From positions 22,925 through 86,924 of IMG/VR virus record IMGVR_UViG_3300033519_000155: DNA of 64,000 bases. One strand, 5' to 3'. The notes beneath the pieces are model-generated. The model made no database searches. It was not told where the DNA came from and saw nothing but the letters and a program-made list of their open reading frames with translations. Positions 24,396 through 34,141 of this stretch are shown piece after piece. Source of the DNA: a virus (Duplodnaviria; Caudoviricetes). Both the position numbers and the translations under genes were made by a program. Numbering within the stretch: position 1 is the first letter of the stretch; each line of letters opens with the position of its first letter.

Positions 24396-24668
24396 TTATG
24401 TAATATCAACGTCTATGTCTAAAACGCCAAGGATAGTTGTCTGAATATTAATTTGTGTTTCAATAATGTTAACTTCAGTTCTTATATTGTTTATATAAGC
24501 AACCATGTCTAAATATTCCTGTTCAATATAACCAAAATCTGACCACTTATGTAAATTTAATTGTTTATACTCAGGATATAGGTTTGTTATTTGTGCATAA
24601 GCTTGGTCTTTGAGAAAGGTAATTCTTATAACTTTCCACTCTTCCAGAGTGTGTTGTGTGTAATACAT
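24396..24668 (-). CDS. Tail-fibre assembly-like protein
   Basis: TLEEWKVIRITFLKDQAY-type helix; follows Gly-rich fibre gene. Confidence 0.55.
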   Translation of the reverse strand: MYYTQHTLEEWKVIRITFLKDQAYAQITNLYPEYKQLNLHKWSDFGYIEQEYLDMVAYINNIRTEVNIIETQINIQTTILGVLDIDVDIT

Positions 24669-24842
24669 TCAGGTAAATGTATCAGTTTCCGGGTCATAAC
24701 ACATACCAACCATTACAGAAGGATTTTCTGTAATGTCATAAAGTGTTAGTCCTTCTTCTAAAATAGGAGGATTTTCTTCCTCCCACTCAAAAATATTTAT
24801 TACACTATTATTTTGTATTACTGCATATACTTTATGATACAT
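24669..24842 (-). CDS. 57-aa tail-fibre chaperone-like protein
   Basis: Hand-translated MYHKVYAVIQNNSVINIFEWEEENPPILEEGLTLYDITENPSVMVGMCYDPETDTFT; GGAGG SD. Confidence 0.75.
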   Translation of the reverse strand: MYHKVYAVIQNNSVINIFEWEEENPPILEEGLTLYDITENPSVMVGMCYDPETDTFT

Positions 24843-25486
24843 AAACCCTTTCCTCCACTACCACCATTTCCATTAGTATGAGCACAATATCCTCCACCAC
24901 CACCTGCACCACTATTTGCAGAAGCGTTTCCTCCAGCAACACCAGAACTATTTCCCCCGTTACCTCCAGTGCCATTGTAACCTCCACCCCCACCACCTCC
25001 GCAATTTCCAGAATTTCCGATAGTTCCACCAGAAAATCTTTGACTACTTCCACCGGGAAATGCTTTAATTCCTCCGTTACAAGCACCATATCCCCATTGA
25101 GGAACAGCTTGTTTTCCACCTAGTCCACCATTCACAGATAAATAAGTTCCTAATGTAGAAATTCCACCATTACCCCCATTTACAACAGTTGCATTTCCTC
25201 CTGTTCCACCTGAACCTAATACTATTGAAATAGATTGACTGGGGGTTACATTTACAGGGAAATTTTCATACCAATAACCAGAACCTCCACCTCCACCTGC
25301 TCTAGCACCTCCACCTCCACCCCCAACAAGTGTTGCGTATAACATATAAACATTTGCTGGAACAATGAAAGTTCCAGAGGAAGTAAAGGTTTGTGTAATT
25401 AAAGAGTCCATGTCAATATCAACAGGAGTTAATATTCTTTCTTCTGGAAAACCCTCTAAATTTACGACTAAAACTTTACTTCCCAT
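24818..25486 (-). CDS. Glycine-rich tail fibre/virion protein
   Basis: TFTSSGTFIVPANVYMLYATLVGGGGGG...GGSGGKGLCIIKY. Confidence 0.8.
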   Translation of the reverse strand: MGSKVLVVNLEGFPEERILTPVDIDMDSLITQTFTSSGTFIVPANVYMLYATLVGGGGGGARAGGGGGSGYWYENFPVNVTPSQSISIVLGSGGTGGNATVVNGGNGGISTLGTYLSVNGGLGGKQAVPQWGYGACNGGIKAFPGGSSQRFSGGTIGNSGNCGGGGGGGYNGTGGNGGNSSGVAGGNASANSGAGGGGGYCAHTNGNGGSGGKGLCIIKYMQ

Positions 25487-25494
25487 ATAAAAAC

Positions 25495-26013
25495 CTATGC
25501 CCTTTTGATTGGTGTTCCGGGTTCAAATTCAAGTTCAGTTGCACTGATAGCTTTTCCAACATACTGAACAACATTTCCTGAACCTGTTGGAACTGTAGTT
25601 GTAATTTTTCCTGCGGAAGAAGGATTGAGGAAATATTTTGCCCCTACAGTAAGACCAGAAAGTTGATTGTTTATTCTTCCGAAGTAAACTAAAGCTGTAT
25701 CTCCTGTGTTAAATGCTGCAAGAACATAACCTTCGGCAATTTTTCCAGAAGCAGAGGCATCAGCTAATCTTGCTTTTGCTGCTCCACCATCGTCAAATAT
25801 GTTAATCATATCTCCTGCTACTACATCTTCAAATGCTGGAAGATTTTTAGCATCTGCCCCGAAACCCGGAGGCATTACTGATGGGTCGAGTGTGCCTGTG
25901 TCGAGTAAAGCTACTAAGTCTCCAGCGTTACCCACTCCACCAGAAGTAGCTGTCCCTGCTTTTTCTTCGGGAAATCCGTCTGTTCCTAATTGCAAATATT
26001 TTTTCGCTGCCAT
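25495..26013 (-). CDS. Virion structural protein (decoration-like)
   Basis: AGDMINIFD...ARLADA...GYVL...LTVGAKYFL...VQYVGKAISAT; N-terminus resembles that of the Gly-rich neighbour. Confidence 0.65.
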   Translation of the reverse strand: MAAKKYLQLGTDGFPEEKAGTATSGGVGNAGDLVALLDTGTLDPSVMPPGFGADAKNLPAFEDVVAGDMINIFDDGGAAKARLADASASGKIAEGYVLAAFNTGDTALVYFGRINNQLSGLTVGAKYFLNPSSAGKITTTVPTGSGNVVQYVGKAISATELEFEPGTPIKRA

Positions 26014-26035
26014 TTGTTATTCCACCTTTCGTTAT

Positions 26036-26626
26036 TTAAACCCTTGTAAAGGGTAATTTTATATCTATAAAAATCTTAGTCGGGGTAATTACATACCCTA
26101 AAACAAAAACTAAACCTACAGAAGGAGGAGTTTGGGTTAACATTCCATTAGTTCCTAAATATATAGGTTTGTTATATTCCCAATTCCAAGAAGGTTCAGT
26201 AAATTCACCTTTTACTGCTATGTTTAACCTACTGCCGATATTTTGAACAGCGTGTTTTGATATACCAATAAAGTATTTTTTATGCTCTAAATTTGAATTG
26301 TCCGCATAATAAGCAGTATTATTATTTACAATAACTGCTCTTTGTCCACCAATAATTTCTCCAGCTAAAACTTCAATGTCAGTAGTATAGTAATTAAAGG
26401 TATATGTTCCACCTTCAACTATATCTAATTTAGTAACTTGCTTTTGAGTTTTTAGTATAACATTTTTAGTTTCTGCTTTTAATTTTGTTGGTGTTTTTCT
26501 TACAATAAGTTTTACGTTTTCACTGTCCAGAACTTTAACTTTTAAAGGTTTCTTTTCTGTTTTTAATAGTGTAGAGGAAACAACAGGTTTTACTATTGTT
26601 ATATCTTTTTCAGTTTTTAAAATCAT
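26036..26626 (-). CDS. Virion structural protein related to its neighbour
   Basis: IGGQRAV...YYAD...WNWEYNKPIYLGTNGMLTQTPP. Confidence 0.6.
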   Translation of the reverse strand: MILKTEKDITIVKPVVSSTLLKTEKKPLKVKVLDSENVKLIVRKTPTKLKAETKNVILKTQKQVTKLDIVEGGTYTFNYYTTDIEVLAGEIIGGQRAVIVNNNTAYYADNSNLEHKKYFIGISKHAVQNIGSRLNIAVKGEFTEPSWNWEYNKPIYLGTNGMLTQTPPSVGLVFVLGYVITPTKIFIDIKLPFTRV

Positions 26627-26637
26627 AAGTTTAATTC

Positions 26638-27000
26638 CTATCTTGTTACTGCTGGAACTATATTAATTGTTCCTTTTATTAGTGTTTCTTTTTCATTAGT
26701 AATAGAAACCATTTCTAAATCATACACATAAGTATTTTCAAAAGTTGCTGTTTCTAAAGCAGAAAGATTTAAAACTATTGTTCCTAAAGCACCACCTAAA
26801 ACAATGTTTCCTGATGTAGTTGAAAGTTCTTTTACAATATTTGTATCTTCTACAAATTTTCGTATTTGCATTTTTGCGGTGTAATCTGTAAGATTTATGG
26901 GTGTTTCAAGAGCATCATCATCACATAGTGTAAAAGTCATATTAAAATTTCTTGCTTGATTTATTTCTAAATTATATTCGATTTCTTTTATTCCTAACAT
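26638..27000 (-). CDS. BppU-N-like adaptor protein
   Basis: INLTDYTAKMQIR...YVYDLEM...LIKGTINIVPAVTR. Confidence 0.7.
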   Translation of the reverse strand: MLGIKEIEYNLEINQARNFNMTFTLCDDDALETPINLTDYTAKMQIRKFVEDTNIVKELSTTSGNIVLGGALGTIVLNLSALETATFENTYVYDLEMVSITNEKETLIKGTINIVPAVTR

Positions 27001-27024
27001 TGACAGTCTCCTTATTTTTTATTT

Positions 27025-27052
27025 ATTATAACAGGTTATTTTTAATAGTAAA
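27025..27052 (-). promoter_or_regulatory. Internal late promoter
   Basis: TTTACT-16-TATAAT with TGn. Confidence 0.6.
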
Positions 27053-27067
27053 ACACTTATTTTAATT

Positions 27068-28033
27068 TTATTGAGAAATTCCAAAAATTCCTAGACAGTA
27101 ATAATATCTATACTTAGAGGTAAGAGGATAAATAATTTCTAAATTTCCAGTTTGTATATCAAATCTATGAATATTATGAGGGTGTGTTAAATCTCCAGAT
27201 AATACAAATAGTTTTCCCTGATATGAAACAACATCTATTGCCTGCCCGGTTGAACTTTCAAAATACATACCTGAACCATCAAAATCCCCAACAGACCCAA
27301 GATAATTTAAAGTGTTAGCATCAAATTTAAAAAGGCATTTAATGTTTTGCGCACCCACTACCTGAGAGGTATCACACCGACCCCAAGCGTATAAATACCC
27401 CTGATAGTAAAATATTTTACTAATTCCATACCACCCTGAGTTATTTACGTTAATCGGAGAAATAGTTTGGTGTTGCAAAATTATATCTGCCGAACCTGAA
27501 ACAATTTCAACCTTTACAAGACCAAGAGAAAGGTCTTTATTATACTTTAAATATAAATATCTTGACTCATTCCCAACGGCAATTTTCACATCTTCTAAAT
27601 GTCCAGAAGGAATTAAATCTGGAAAAGTAGAAAATTTAAAAACATCTGTGGCATAATCAGGATGCCAAAATAATATTACAATTCCTCTGTTTGATAAATC
27701 ACAGGCAACAAAATGACCTTTTTTATTCACGCATATTATGTCTGTTAAATTATAATTATTAAAAAGACCAGACATTTGAGTTAAATCATAAGTTCTTATT
27801 CTTCCCGGAATTATTTCTGAAATTCGAGGATACTCAGGGTCTCCAAAACCAATAGTGGGATAATGTTTTCTATGATAGTAAGTATAGTAAACATCTCTTT
27901 CTCCAGCAGCTTTATGAACATAAGCAAGATTGCTTTTATCTGGAATAGCGTCTGTTATTATATTTTGTTGAGATGTTAAGTTAGAGTCAAGTTTTATTAG
28001 CTCTCTCCAAGACATCGGAATTCCACTACCCAT
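27068..28033 (-). CDS. Putative receptor-binding/tail-tip protein, copy 2
   Basis: Paralog of 28429-29376 (AG[DE]RDVYY, PRI.EI.PGR, C-terminal GxFGISQ). Confidence 0.6.
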   Translation of the reverse strand: MGSGIPMSWRELIKLDSNLTSQQNIITDAIPDKSNLAYVHKAAGERDVYYTYYHRKHYPTIGFGDPEYPRISEIIPGRIRTYDLTQMSGLFNNYNLTDIICVNKKGHFVACDLSNRGIVILFWHPDYATDVFKFSTFPDLIPSGHLEDVKIAVGNESRYLYLKYNKDLSLGLVKVEIVSGSADIILQHQTISPINVNNSGWYGISKIFYYQGYLYAWGRCDTSQVVGAQNIKCLFKFDANTLNYLGSVGDFDGSGMYFESSTGQAIDVVSYQGKLFVLSGDLTHPHNIHRFDIQTGNLEIIYPLTSKYRYYYCLGIFGISQ

Positions 28034-28047
28034 AATTTACACACCCT

Positions 28048-28404
28048 TTAACCGGGTTCTCCTCCTTCAATGTAATGAGAAAACACCTGTATTCCAAAAG
28101 GAATTCCCCCACCATAACCTCTTTCTTTTTCTGGAGATAAAGTCCAGTTTGAAAGAGAAGTTATCTGAGGCATATTTTTATTTCCATTTAAATAGTAAAC
28201 GATTACATCGTCTTTTTCTTTTAAAATTAAATCGGAAGAAACTCTAGGAACTCTTACCAATTCAGCATTTCTTGACATAATTAAAACATTATAGAACCCA
28301 TCAGTATAATCTCTGGTAATCTGCCCTGTTTCATTTTGGACTCCTTCAATTACGGCACGTCTGGCAACATAATTTCCTCTTTCGATATTTGACATTAAAT
28401 CCAT
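28048..28404 (-). CDS. Small tail-tip (OB-fold/spike-like) protein, copy 2
   Basis: 96/118 identical to 29390-29746 by manual alignment. Confidence 0.7.
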   Translation of the reverse strand: MDLMSNIERGNYVARRAVIEGVQNETGQITRDYTDGFYNVLIMSRNAELVRVPRVSSDLILKEKDDVIVYYLNGNKNMPQITSLSNWTLSPEKERGYGGGIPFGIQVFSHYIEGGEPG

Positions 28405-28428
28405 TGTTTATTATCCTTTTATTTTAAA

Positions 28429-29376
28429 TTATTGTGAAATTCCAAAAACTCCTATTGCCCCATTAGACCCATATTTATTTACTATATCTATTGAGTTTTC
28501 TAACACACCTGTTTGAAAATTAAATTTATGTATTTGCAACATTTTACAAACAAAAACTTTATCTTGATAAAATGTAATTTTATCTTTTGTGCTAATAAGT
28601 AATTCTCCATAAGCTGTTTCTATATGACCAAGATATTCAAGAGTATTTGCATCGAACTTATGTATGTATTTATATAAAGGATTAAGACGTTCTCCTGTAT
28701 TAACTTCTCCAATAGCATAAATGTAACCGTTATAGTAATGAAATTTGTGTAATCCAATCCAACCTGTGCTACCAGTTCCATCAAATGTAGGAATAATATT
28801 TTGATTTACTATTATGTCAGTCCCACCATTAACTATTTCAAGTTTCACTAATCCTAATACTCCTGCATTAACATTAGGCATATAACTAACAAAAATATAT
28901 TTTCCATCAGGTGTTCCACAAATATGTAGATATTCTATATTATTAGTGTCTAAATTTGGAAAAAACGAATACCGAATATCACCATCTGCTAATTCTTTAT
29001 ACATATATTGTATTACTATGCCTTTGTAAGTTTTATCACGAAATAAAAATAATCCTCTTTTATTTAGACACACTAAATCATAAAACTCAATTCCATAATA
29101 ATTAATAACTTCTCCACAAGCATCAGCATCCATAATTCGTTTTCTTCCCGGTGTTATTTCTGCTATACGAGGAAGAGTTTCCCAATCAAAAAATTGCCCA
29201 TCCCACTCCCAAAAATACATATAATATACATCTCTATCTCCTGCAACAGCTTTTACATGACCTGTTTTTTTTGTCTCTATAAGAGGCACAGCAGTCGTTA
29301 TAATGTTTTTATTGTTTTCTAAATTTGTATTACAATTTGTAAGTTGTTTGAATTCCGAAAACGTTGACCAAGCCAA
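28429..29376 (-). CDS. Putative receptor-binding/tail-tip protein, copy 1
   Basis: Aromatic beta-rich; paralog of 27068-28033. Confidence 0.6.
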   Translation of the reverse strand: MAWSTFSEFKQLTNCNTNLENNKNIITTAVPLIETKKTGHVKAVAGDRDVYYMYFWEWDGQFFDWETLPRIAEITPGRKRIMDADACGEVINYYGIEFYDLVCLNKRGLFLFRDKTYKGIVIQYMYKELADGDIRYSFFPNLDTNNIEYLHICGTPDGKYIFVSYMPNVNAGVLGLVKLEIVNGGTDIIVNQNIIPTFDGTGSTGWIGLHKFHYYNGYIYAIGEVNTGERLNPLYKYIHKFDANTLEYLGHIETAYGELLISTKDKITFYQDKVFVCKMLQIHKFNFQTGVLENSIDIVNKYGSNGAIGVFGISQ

Positions 29377-29389
29377 AATTTACCACTCC

Positions 29390-29746
29390 TTATTCGGGTT
29401 CTGTCCCTGCCATGTAAGTTACAAACATATTAATTCCAAAAGGAATTCCTCCACCATAACCTTTCTCTTTCTCAGGAGATAAAGTCCAATTAGAAAGAGA
29501 AACTATTTGAGGCATGTTCTTGTTACCATTAATATAATAAACAACTACATCATCTTTATCCTTTAAAACTAAGGAAGATGCAACTCTTGGGACTCTTACC
29601 AGTTCCTCATTTCTTGCAGTAATTAATACATCATAAAACCCATCAGTATAATCTCTGGTAATCTGCCCTGTTTCATTTTGAACACCTTCAATTACTGCTC
29701 TCCGAGCAACGTAATTTCCACGTTCAATATTCGTCATTGAGTCCAT
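29390..29746 (-). CDS. Small tail-tip (OB-fold/spike-like) protein, copy 1
   Basis: DVVVYYINGNKNMPQI motif; follows hub-like genes. Confidence 0.7.
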   Translation of the reverse strand: MDSMTNIERGNYVARRAVIEGVQNETGQITRDYTDGFYDVLITARNEELVRVPRVASSLVLKDKDDVVVYYINGNKNMPQIVSLSNWTLSPEKEKGYGGGIPFGINMFVTYMAGTEPE

Positions 29747-30954
29747 TATGAATTGTCCTTTCCGATGCCTTTTAGGGTAATTCCATAATCACTTTTATCT
29801 GCGGAAATTTCAAATTTCAAGCTATCTATTGGTTCAAATACAGTCATATTTTTTGCTGAAATAGGCATTGATAAATATTTTCCCGGTTCAAGCTGAAACA
29901 TCGGAGGGGCAAGAACATTAATATCAAGATTTCTTTTAGTTTTTTGAATTGCTATTTGTCCAATTCTAAAAGCAGTATCTTCATCTTTAACATTATTATT
30001 TATAATATTTTCTTTTCCTCTAAGTTCACCATTACCCATAGTATCCCTGTGAAAGGTATCTACGACTTTAAGATTTATTCCTGCTTGTAATGCTTTTCTT
30101 TGCTCTAAATATTCAGGTTCAGCATCAACAGTCGGGGGAAATGGGTCTGGAACTGGTGTAACTATAGGTTTCTGTGTTGGTGCAGTATAAGGAGTTAAAG
30201 GTATCCATGTATAAAAATCTAATGCTGCGGTGTCAGGATATTGATTTAAAAATCCTATTTTTCCATCAGAAGAAAAAGCATTATAATTTTGGTTTAAAAA
30301 CCACTGATTGTTGAAATCATCAAGTAAAAAATTTTGTCCATTTCCTGTATAAGCAGCAGTTTTATAATCATCAACAGAATAACCATCCAACCAAGCTTTA
30401 AAAATAGGAGTTGTATTTGCGTAGAAAGCTATACCTGTGCAATTTTTACCGCTAGCGTCAACACCAATGTGTTTTATTCTTATAGTAGGTTTTCCTGATG
30501 TTCCATTAGTAAGAAAATAAAAAAATCCTCTTTTTCTTGGAAAAGGCATCGTAGAAGTTGCCATATTTCCGTTTGCATACACATATTTTTCTGAAACATA
30601 TTGAAGTTTTGTTGGGTCAACATATAGATAAGGATAATATTGATACAATCCACCATCCTGTATCCAAATCTGACCTATATTTACACTACTAATAGTCCGA
30701 TATTCCGGTGTAGGGTCGTTTCCTTCTGTTCTAAAATAAGAAGGATTTAATTTAATTGTTCCAGTTGTTCCGGGTTCATTTTTTAAAGCACTAAAATAAA
30801 GAACTTTTCCACCGGGAGGGGTTTCTGTTGACGATGGATTATTATGAATAAGATTAATCATTTGAGGAAGTAAAGATTTCATTTCCAAAAGGTTTAATCT
30901 TATTCTGACATTTTTAGTTAATGTATTTGCGGAACTTCCCTCCATTACAGGCAT
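29746..30954 (-). CDS. Tail-tip protein
   Basis: C-terminal FQLEPGKYLS...IDSLKFEIS pattern typical of hub/Tal proteins; position. Confidence 0.55.
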   Translation of the reverse strand: MPVMEGSSANTLTKNVRIRLNLLEMKSLLPQMINLIHNNPSSTETPPGGKVLYFSALKNEPGTTGTIKLNPSYFRTEGNDPTPEYRTISSVNIGQIWIQDGGLYQYYPYLYVDPTKLQYVSEKYVYANGNMATSTMPFPRKRGFFYFLTNGTSGKPTIRIKHIGVDASGKNCTGIAFYANTTPIFKAWLDGYSVDDYKTAAYTGNGQNFLLDDFNNQWFLNQNYNAFSSDGKIGFLNQYPDTAALDFYTWIPLTPYTAPTQKPIVTPVPDPFPPTVDAEPEYLEQRKALQAGINLKVVDTFHRDTMGNGELRGKENIINNNVKDEDTAFRIGQIAIQKTKRNLDINVLAPPMFQLEPGKYLSMPISAKNMTVFEPIDSLKFEISADKSDYGITLKGIGKDNS

Positions 30955-32390
30955 TACACAACCTCCTCATAATATGTGGCAACCTTAATTAGTTTCACAA
31001 CATTCACAGTATTTATCCTATCAACATCATTATCTGATACATCAATATCCCCTCTGGTTAATGACTCAGGTAAAAAGAAATCAGCATTTTCAGGATATTC
31101 TTCTTCCAGAAGCATAGGTCTAATTTCAAGACTTAACCTATCCGCATCTAAAGGAATAATTACCCAATATGCAGGAACAGCTTGACAGATTTCTTCAATA
31201 GTTTTTATTGGTTCAGCATCTTGAAAATTAAATTCAGTATATAAATTAAAGTCTGTAAACTTACATTTTATTGGAAAATAATCTCTTGCAACTTTAGTAT
31301 TTTGACTATCTATTACTTTTTTAGCAATGTCATTAATTAACCATTGTGCTGTGTAAGGATTTTGAATAAGAACAGGGAATTTATCACTTACCCCCTGTGA
31401 CCATTTAGTATCTGTAAGTTCTAATATTTTTGTATTCTTATCCAATTTATAGTTATTTTCTTGGTCTAGGGCATTTACAAATACTTTAGTTATGCCATAT
31501 CTTGCCTCTGTTATAGTAAGAGAATTTGCTATAAAATGCCTTCCTGTGTTTAATGGGGCAGTTGCTACTCTTGCAAGACATTCTTCTGCACAATAAGATT
31601 TAAAGTTAACATTTCTGAATAAATATTCACTAATTTCATCAACACCAGAATAAGTTACTTCTGTTGTTCCCTCAATTTGTTTAATTACGAGTCTTGGAAA
31701 TATTCTGTAATAAATTTCTGAACCGCATTTTGCCATAAATACTATTTTTAGAAAATGCCGTTGTCCAAGTTCCGCAGAATAAATTCCTTTTTTTAATTTT
31801 TGAGAAATTGAATTTGCAGGATTGGTATAATATCTGGAAAAATTACATAAGGTAACAGAAAAAGAAATAGGTTTATTCTTACCCCAATCTACAGAAACCG
31901 CAATAACATCTTGATAATTTATTAATGTTTCTTTTGTGGTTTTATTATCAGGAGTTTGCACGTAAACACAAACATAAAATTCTGCTAAATATTCATCAAG
32001 AATAGGTTCATCTAAAGAACCTTTCTGCATTGAGGGAAAGTATAATTCCTTTCCATAGGTCGCTGTAATTGGAATAGCTTTTGACCAATTTCTAGGAATA
32101 AATCCAATATCATTTTGAACTCTTGGTAAATCTTCATAAACTGCCCCTATTAATTTTGTGTCAAAGTAAAATTTATGATATTCTCCTATAACTTTATTAA
32201 TGTTATCTTTATTCCATTCTAAATGATTGTTTGTGTATTTAGAAGTTATTTTTTGTCCTTCTGTTCCACCATAAAAACTTGAAAACTCATATTCACTTTC
32301 AATGTAAGGACTTTCATCTAACTCGGAAGCTAAATGATTACTTGTTAATTTACTCTGTGTAATTGGAGAATTATCTGAATTCCAGTCCAT
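30954..32390 (-). CDS. Baseplate hub-like tail protein
   Basis: 478 aa, downstream of TMP; IKTIEEICQAVPAYW. Confidence 0.55.
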   Translation of the reverse strand: MDWNSDNSPITQSKLTSNHLASELDESPYIESEYEFSSFYGGTEGQKITSKYTNNHLEWNKDNINKVIGEYHKFYFDTKLIGAVYEDLPRVQNDIGFIPRNWSKAIPITATYGKELYFPSMQKGSLDEPILDEYLAEFYVCVYVQTPDNKTTKETLINYQDVIAVSVDWGKNKPISFSVTLCNFSRYYTNPANSISQKLKKGIYSAELGQRHFLKIVFMAKCGSEIYYRIFPRLVIKQIEGTTEVTYSGVDEISEYLFRNVNFKSYCAEECLARVATAPLNTGRHFIANSLTITEARYGITKVFVNALDQENNYKLDKNTKILELTDTKWSQGVSDKFPVLIQNPYTAQWLINDIAKKVIDSQNTKVARDYFPIKCKFTDFNLYTEFNFQDAEPIKTIEEICQAVPAYWVIIPLDADRLSLEIRPMLLEEEYPENADFFLPESLTRGDIDVSDNDVDRINTVNVVKLIKVATYYEEVV

Positions 32391-32401
32391 AAAATTACTC
32401 C

Positions 32402-33697
32402 TTAATCATTTCCATAGAAAAAGAATGTGGTTTGTCTGGTGTTACCATTTGCGTCTTTTGTTCTGGAGGGTCTTAACATTGCCCAAAAAGGTAATGTTGC
32501 ATCAGTATCTAAATCACCAAGTAACAAATCTGAATTTGTTAAAGTGTTTCCATCATAATTATTTTCGTCTGCTTCTTTTGCTAAGTATAAATCTTCTATT
32601 TCATCAGAAATTACAACAGTTGAAGTATTTCCATCAGCAGTAAGAGCAGAAAATCTAATATTCATTCCGAATATTTCATTATTAGTTGTGCCATCACAAA
32701 CTATTGTAAATTCTTGCGTTTCATTTTCAGGAGTGGTGACATTTACGGTTGTGGAACTGGTAAAAGCAAAAGAGTATGTTCCTATAAGAGGTAATTTATA
32801 AGCACCTTCAAATAATATATCAAAATCGTCAGGACTTTCACCCTCGTAAGGGTCATCATTAAATGCCACGAATCCAGCATTAGGGTATTCACATTCTGTA
32901 ATATCTGTTTTCTCAATATATTCAACATCTTTGTTCCACCTGTAGTATTTTGCAATATGATTGGGGTCAAAATTATTCCACCCTGTTTTAGCATAAGCAC
33001 CAAGAATAGCTTTAGGTGTAGTATAAAGATGTTCTACATAAATATTATTTAATATTGCTCTTGTAGTGCAACCAACACATTTAAATCTTATCCATAGCAT
33101 CATTTTATTATTTATTTTGTTTCGTAACCATTCATCTCTATTAATATCTAAAAATAATCTTCCGTTCTGAGTCATTCCTAAAGTTGCGTCATCTAAAAAT
33201 GAAGTAAACCAGTCTGTTCCATTAAATATCTCAATTCCAAGAGTATCGTATTCTCCGACTGTAGCAAAATCGAAATAAATTCTTCTGTAAAATTGATTTA
33301 ACCCTACGTAAAAGAAATCATCTGCTCCACTTAGAAAAGGAATTTCCCCTGTAGGTAATTCTGCGTAATTTCCAGAGGTATATAAAAGACAGGTAAGTCT
33401 TGAAGTATTTTTTGTAACTATTTTATGACTTTCTTTTGCTTTATACACCTGTTTGATATTATCCATAGCATCGGCACGAATAATATCAACTCCAGTAAGG
33501 GCATTTCCCGAAGTGTTTGTATATGTGCCATTTTTTAGTCCGGGAAATAATGAAACTTTAAAAGCACCAATAGGACTTCCTATATTATTTTTTACTCCCA
33601 ATCTTTTTGCTTTTTCATTTCCGGGAATAACTATTCCGAAATCGTGCGATTGAATAATTTCTAATTGGTCGCTGTTTAATAAATCAATAAAACTCAT
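32402..33697 (-). CDS. Minor tail structural protein
   Basis: 431 aa; tail-module position. Confidence 0.55.
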   Translation of the reverse strand: MSFIDLLNSDQLEIIQSHDFGIVIPGNEKAKRLGVKNNIGSPIGAFKVSLFPGLKNGTYTNTSGNALTGVDIIRADAMDNIKQVYKAKESHKIVTKNTSRLTCLLYTSGNYAELPTGEIPFLSGADDFFYVGLNQFYRRIYFDFATVGEYDTLGIEIFNGTDWFTSFLDDATLGMTQNGRLFLDINRDEWLRNKINNKMMLWIRFKCVGCTTRAILNNIYVEHLYTTPKAILGAYAKTGWNNFDPNHIAKYYRWNKDVEYIEKTDITECEYPNAGFVAFNDDPYEGESPDDFDILFEGAYKLPLIGTYSFAFTSSTTVNVTTPENETQEFTIVCDGTTNNEIFGMNIRFSALTADGNTSTVVISDEIEDLYLAKEADENNYDGNTLTNSDLLLGDLDTDATLPFWAMLRPSRTKDANGNTRQTTFFFYGND

Positions 33698-33709
33698 GTC
33701 GATACTCCT

Positions 33710-34141
33710 TTATAATATTTGTATTACTAACAAACTTAATGTAAATGAATAAATTTCTATATTATCTATAGCACCACCAGAAGGTGTTCCATCAAAATCT
33801 TCAATTATTACTCTATACTCTCTGTAAGAGTCATTAGTGTAATATCTACGCAAAATCTTGTGTGTTGCAGGTTTTTCCTTATACCAAGCATCAAATTCTT
33901 CAAATAAAGTTCTACTCATCCAATCCCCTTCGACAACTATTTTACTTCCTCGTTCACTAACACCTCTGTCAAGGAAAGTATCTACAGAAGGAAGAGGATT
34001 TCCTGAACCGTCATAACTTGGTGCAGAAGAGCAGGATATAATTCTTTTAGATGCTCTTGGAACAGGACTAAAATAAGGTTCGTAATCAAAATACTTAATT
34101 GTTGTTCTGGTTAAATTTGCTAAAAAAGACTGACTTGCCAT
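33710..34141 (-). CDS. Distal tail protein-like
   Basis: 143 aa immediately after TMP; YSFTLSLLVI C-terminus. Confidence 0.55.
   Translation of the reverse strand: MASQSFLANLTRTTIKYFDYEPYFSPVPRASKRIISCSSAPSYDGSGNPLPSVDTFLDRGVSERGSKIVVEGDWMSRTLFEEFDAWYKEKPATHKILRRYYTNDSYREYRVIIEDFDGTPSGGAIDNIEIYSFTLSLLVIQIL

Noticed and set aside
24669-24671. In-frame TGA between the 57-aa and 90-aa fibre-assembly ORFs as readthrough or recoding
   Set aside because: In-frame stop-ATG adjacency recurs in this genome (34142/34141, 48674/48673), so coupling suffices; a nonsense mutation is not excluded.
27068-29746. Diversity-generating retroelement TR/VR pair
   Set aside because: No reverse transcriptase in the window; differences are not adenine-specific; both copies are complete genes.
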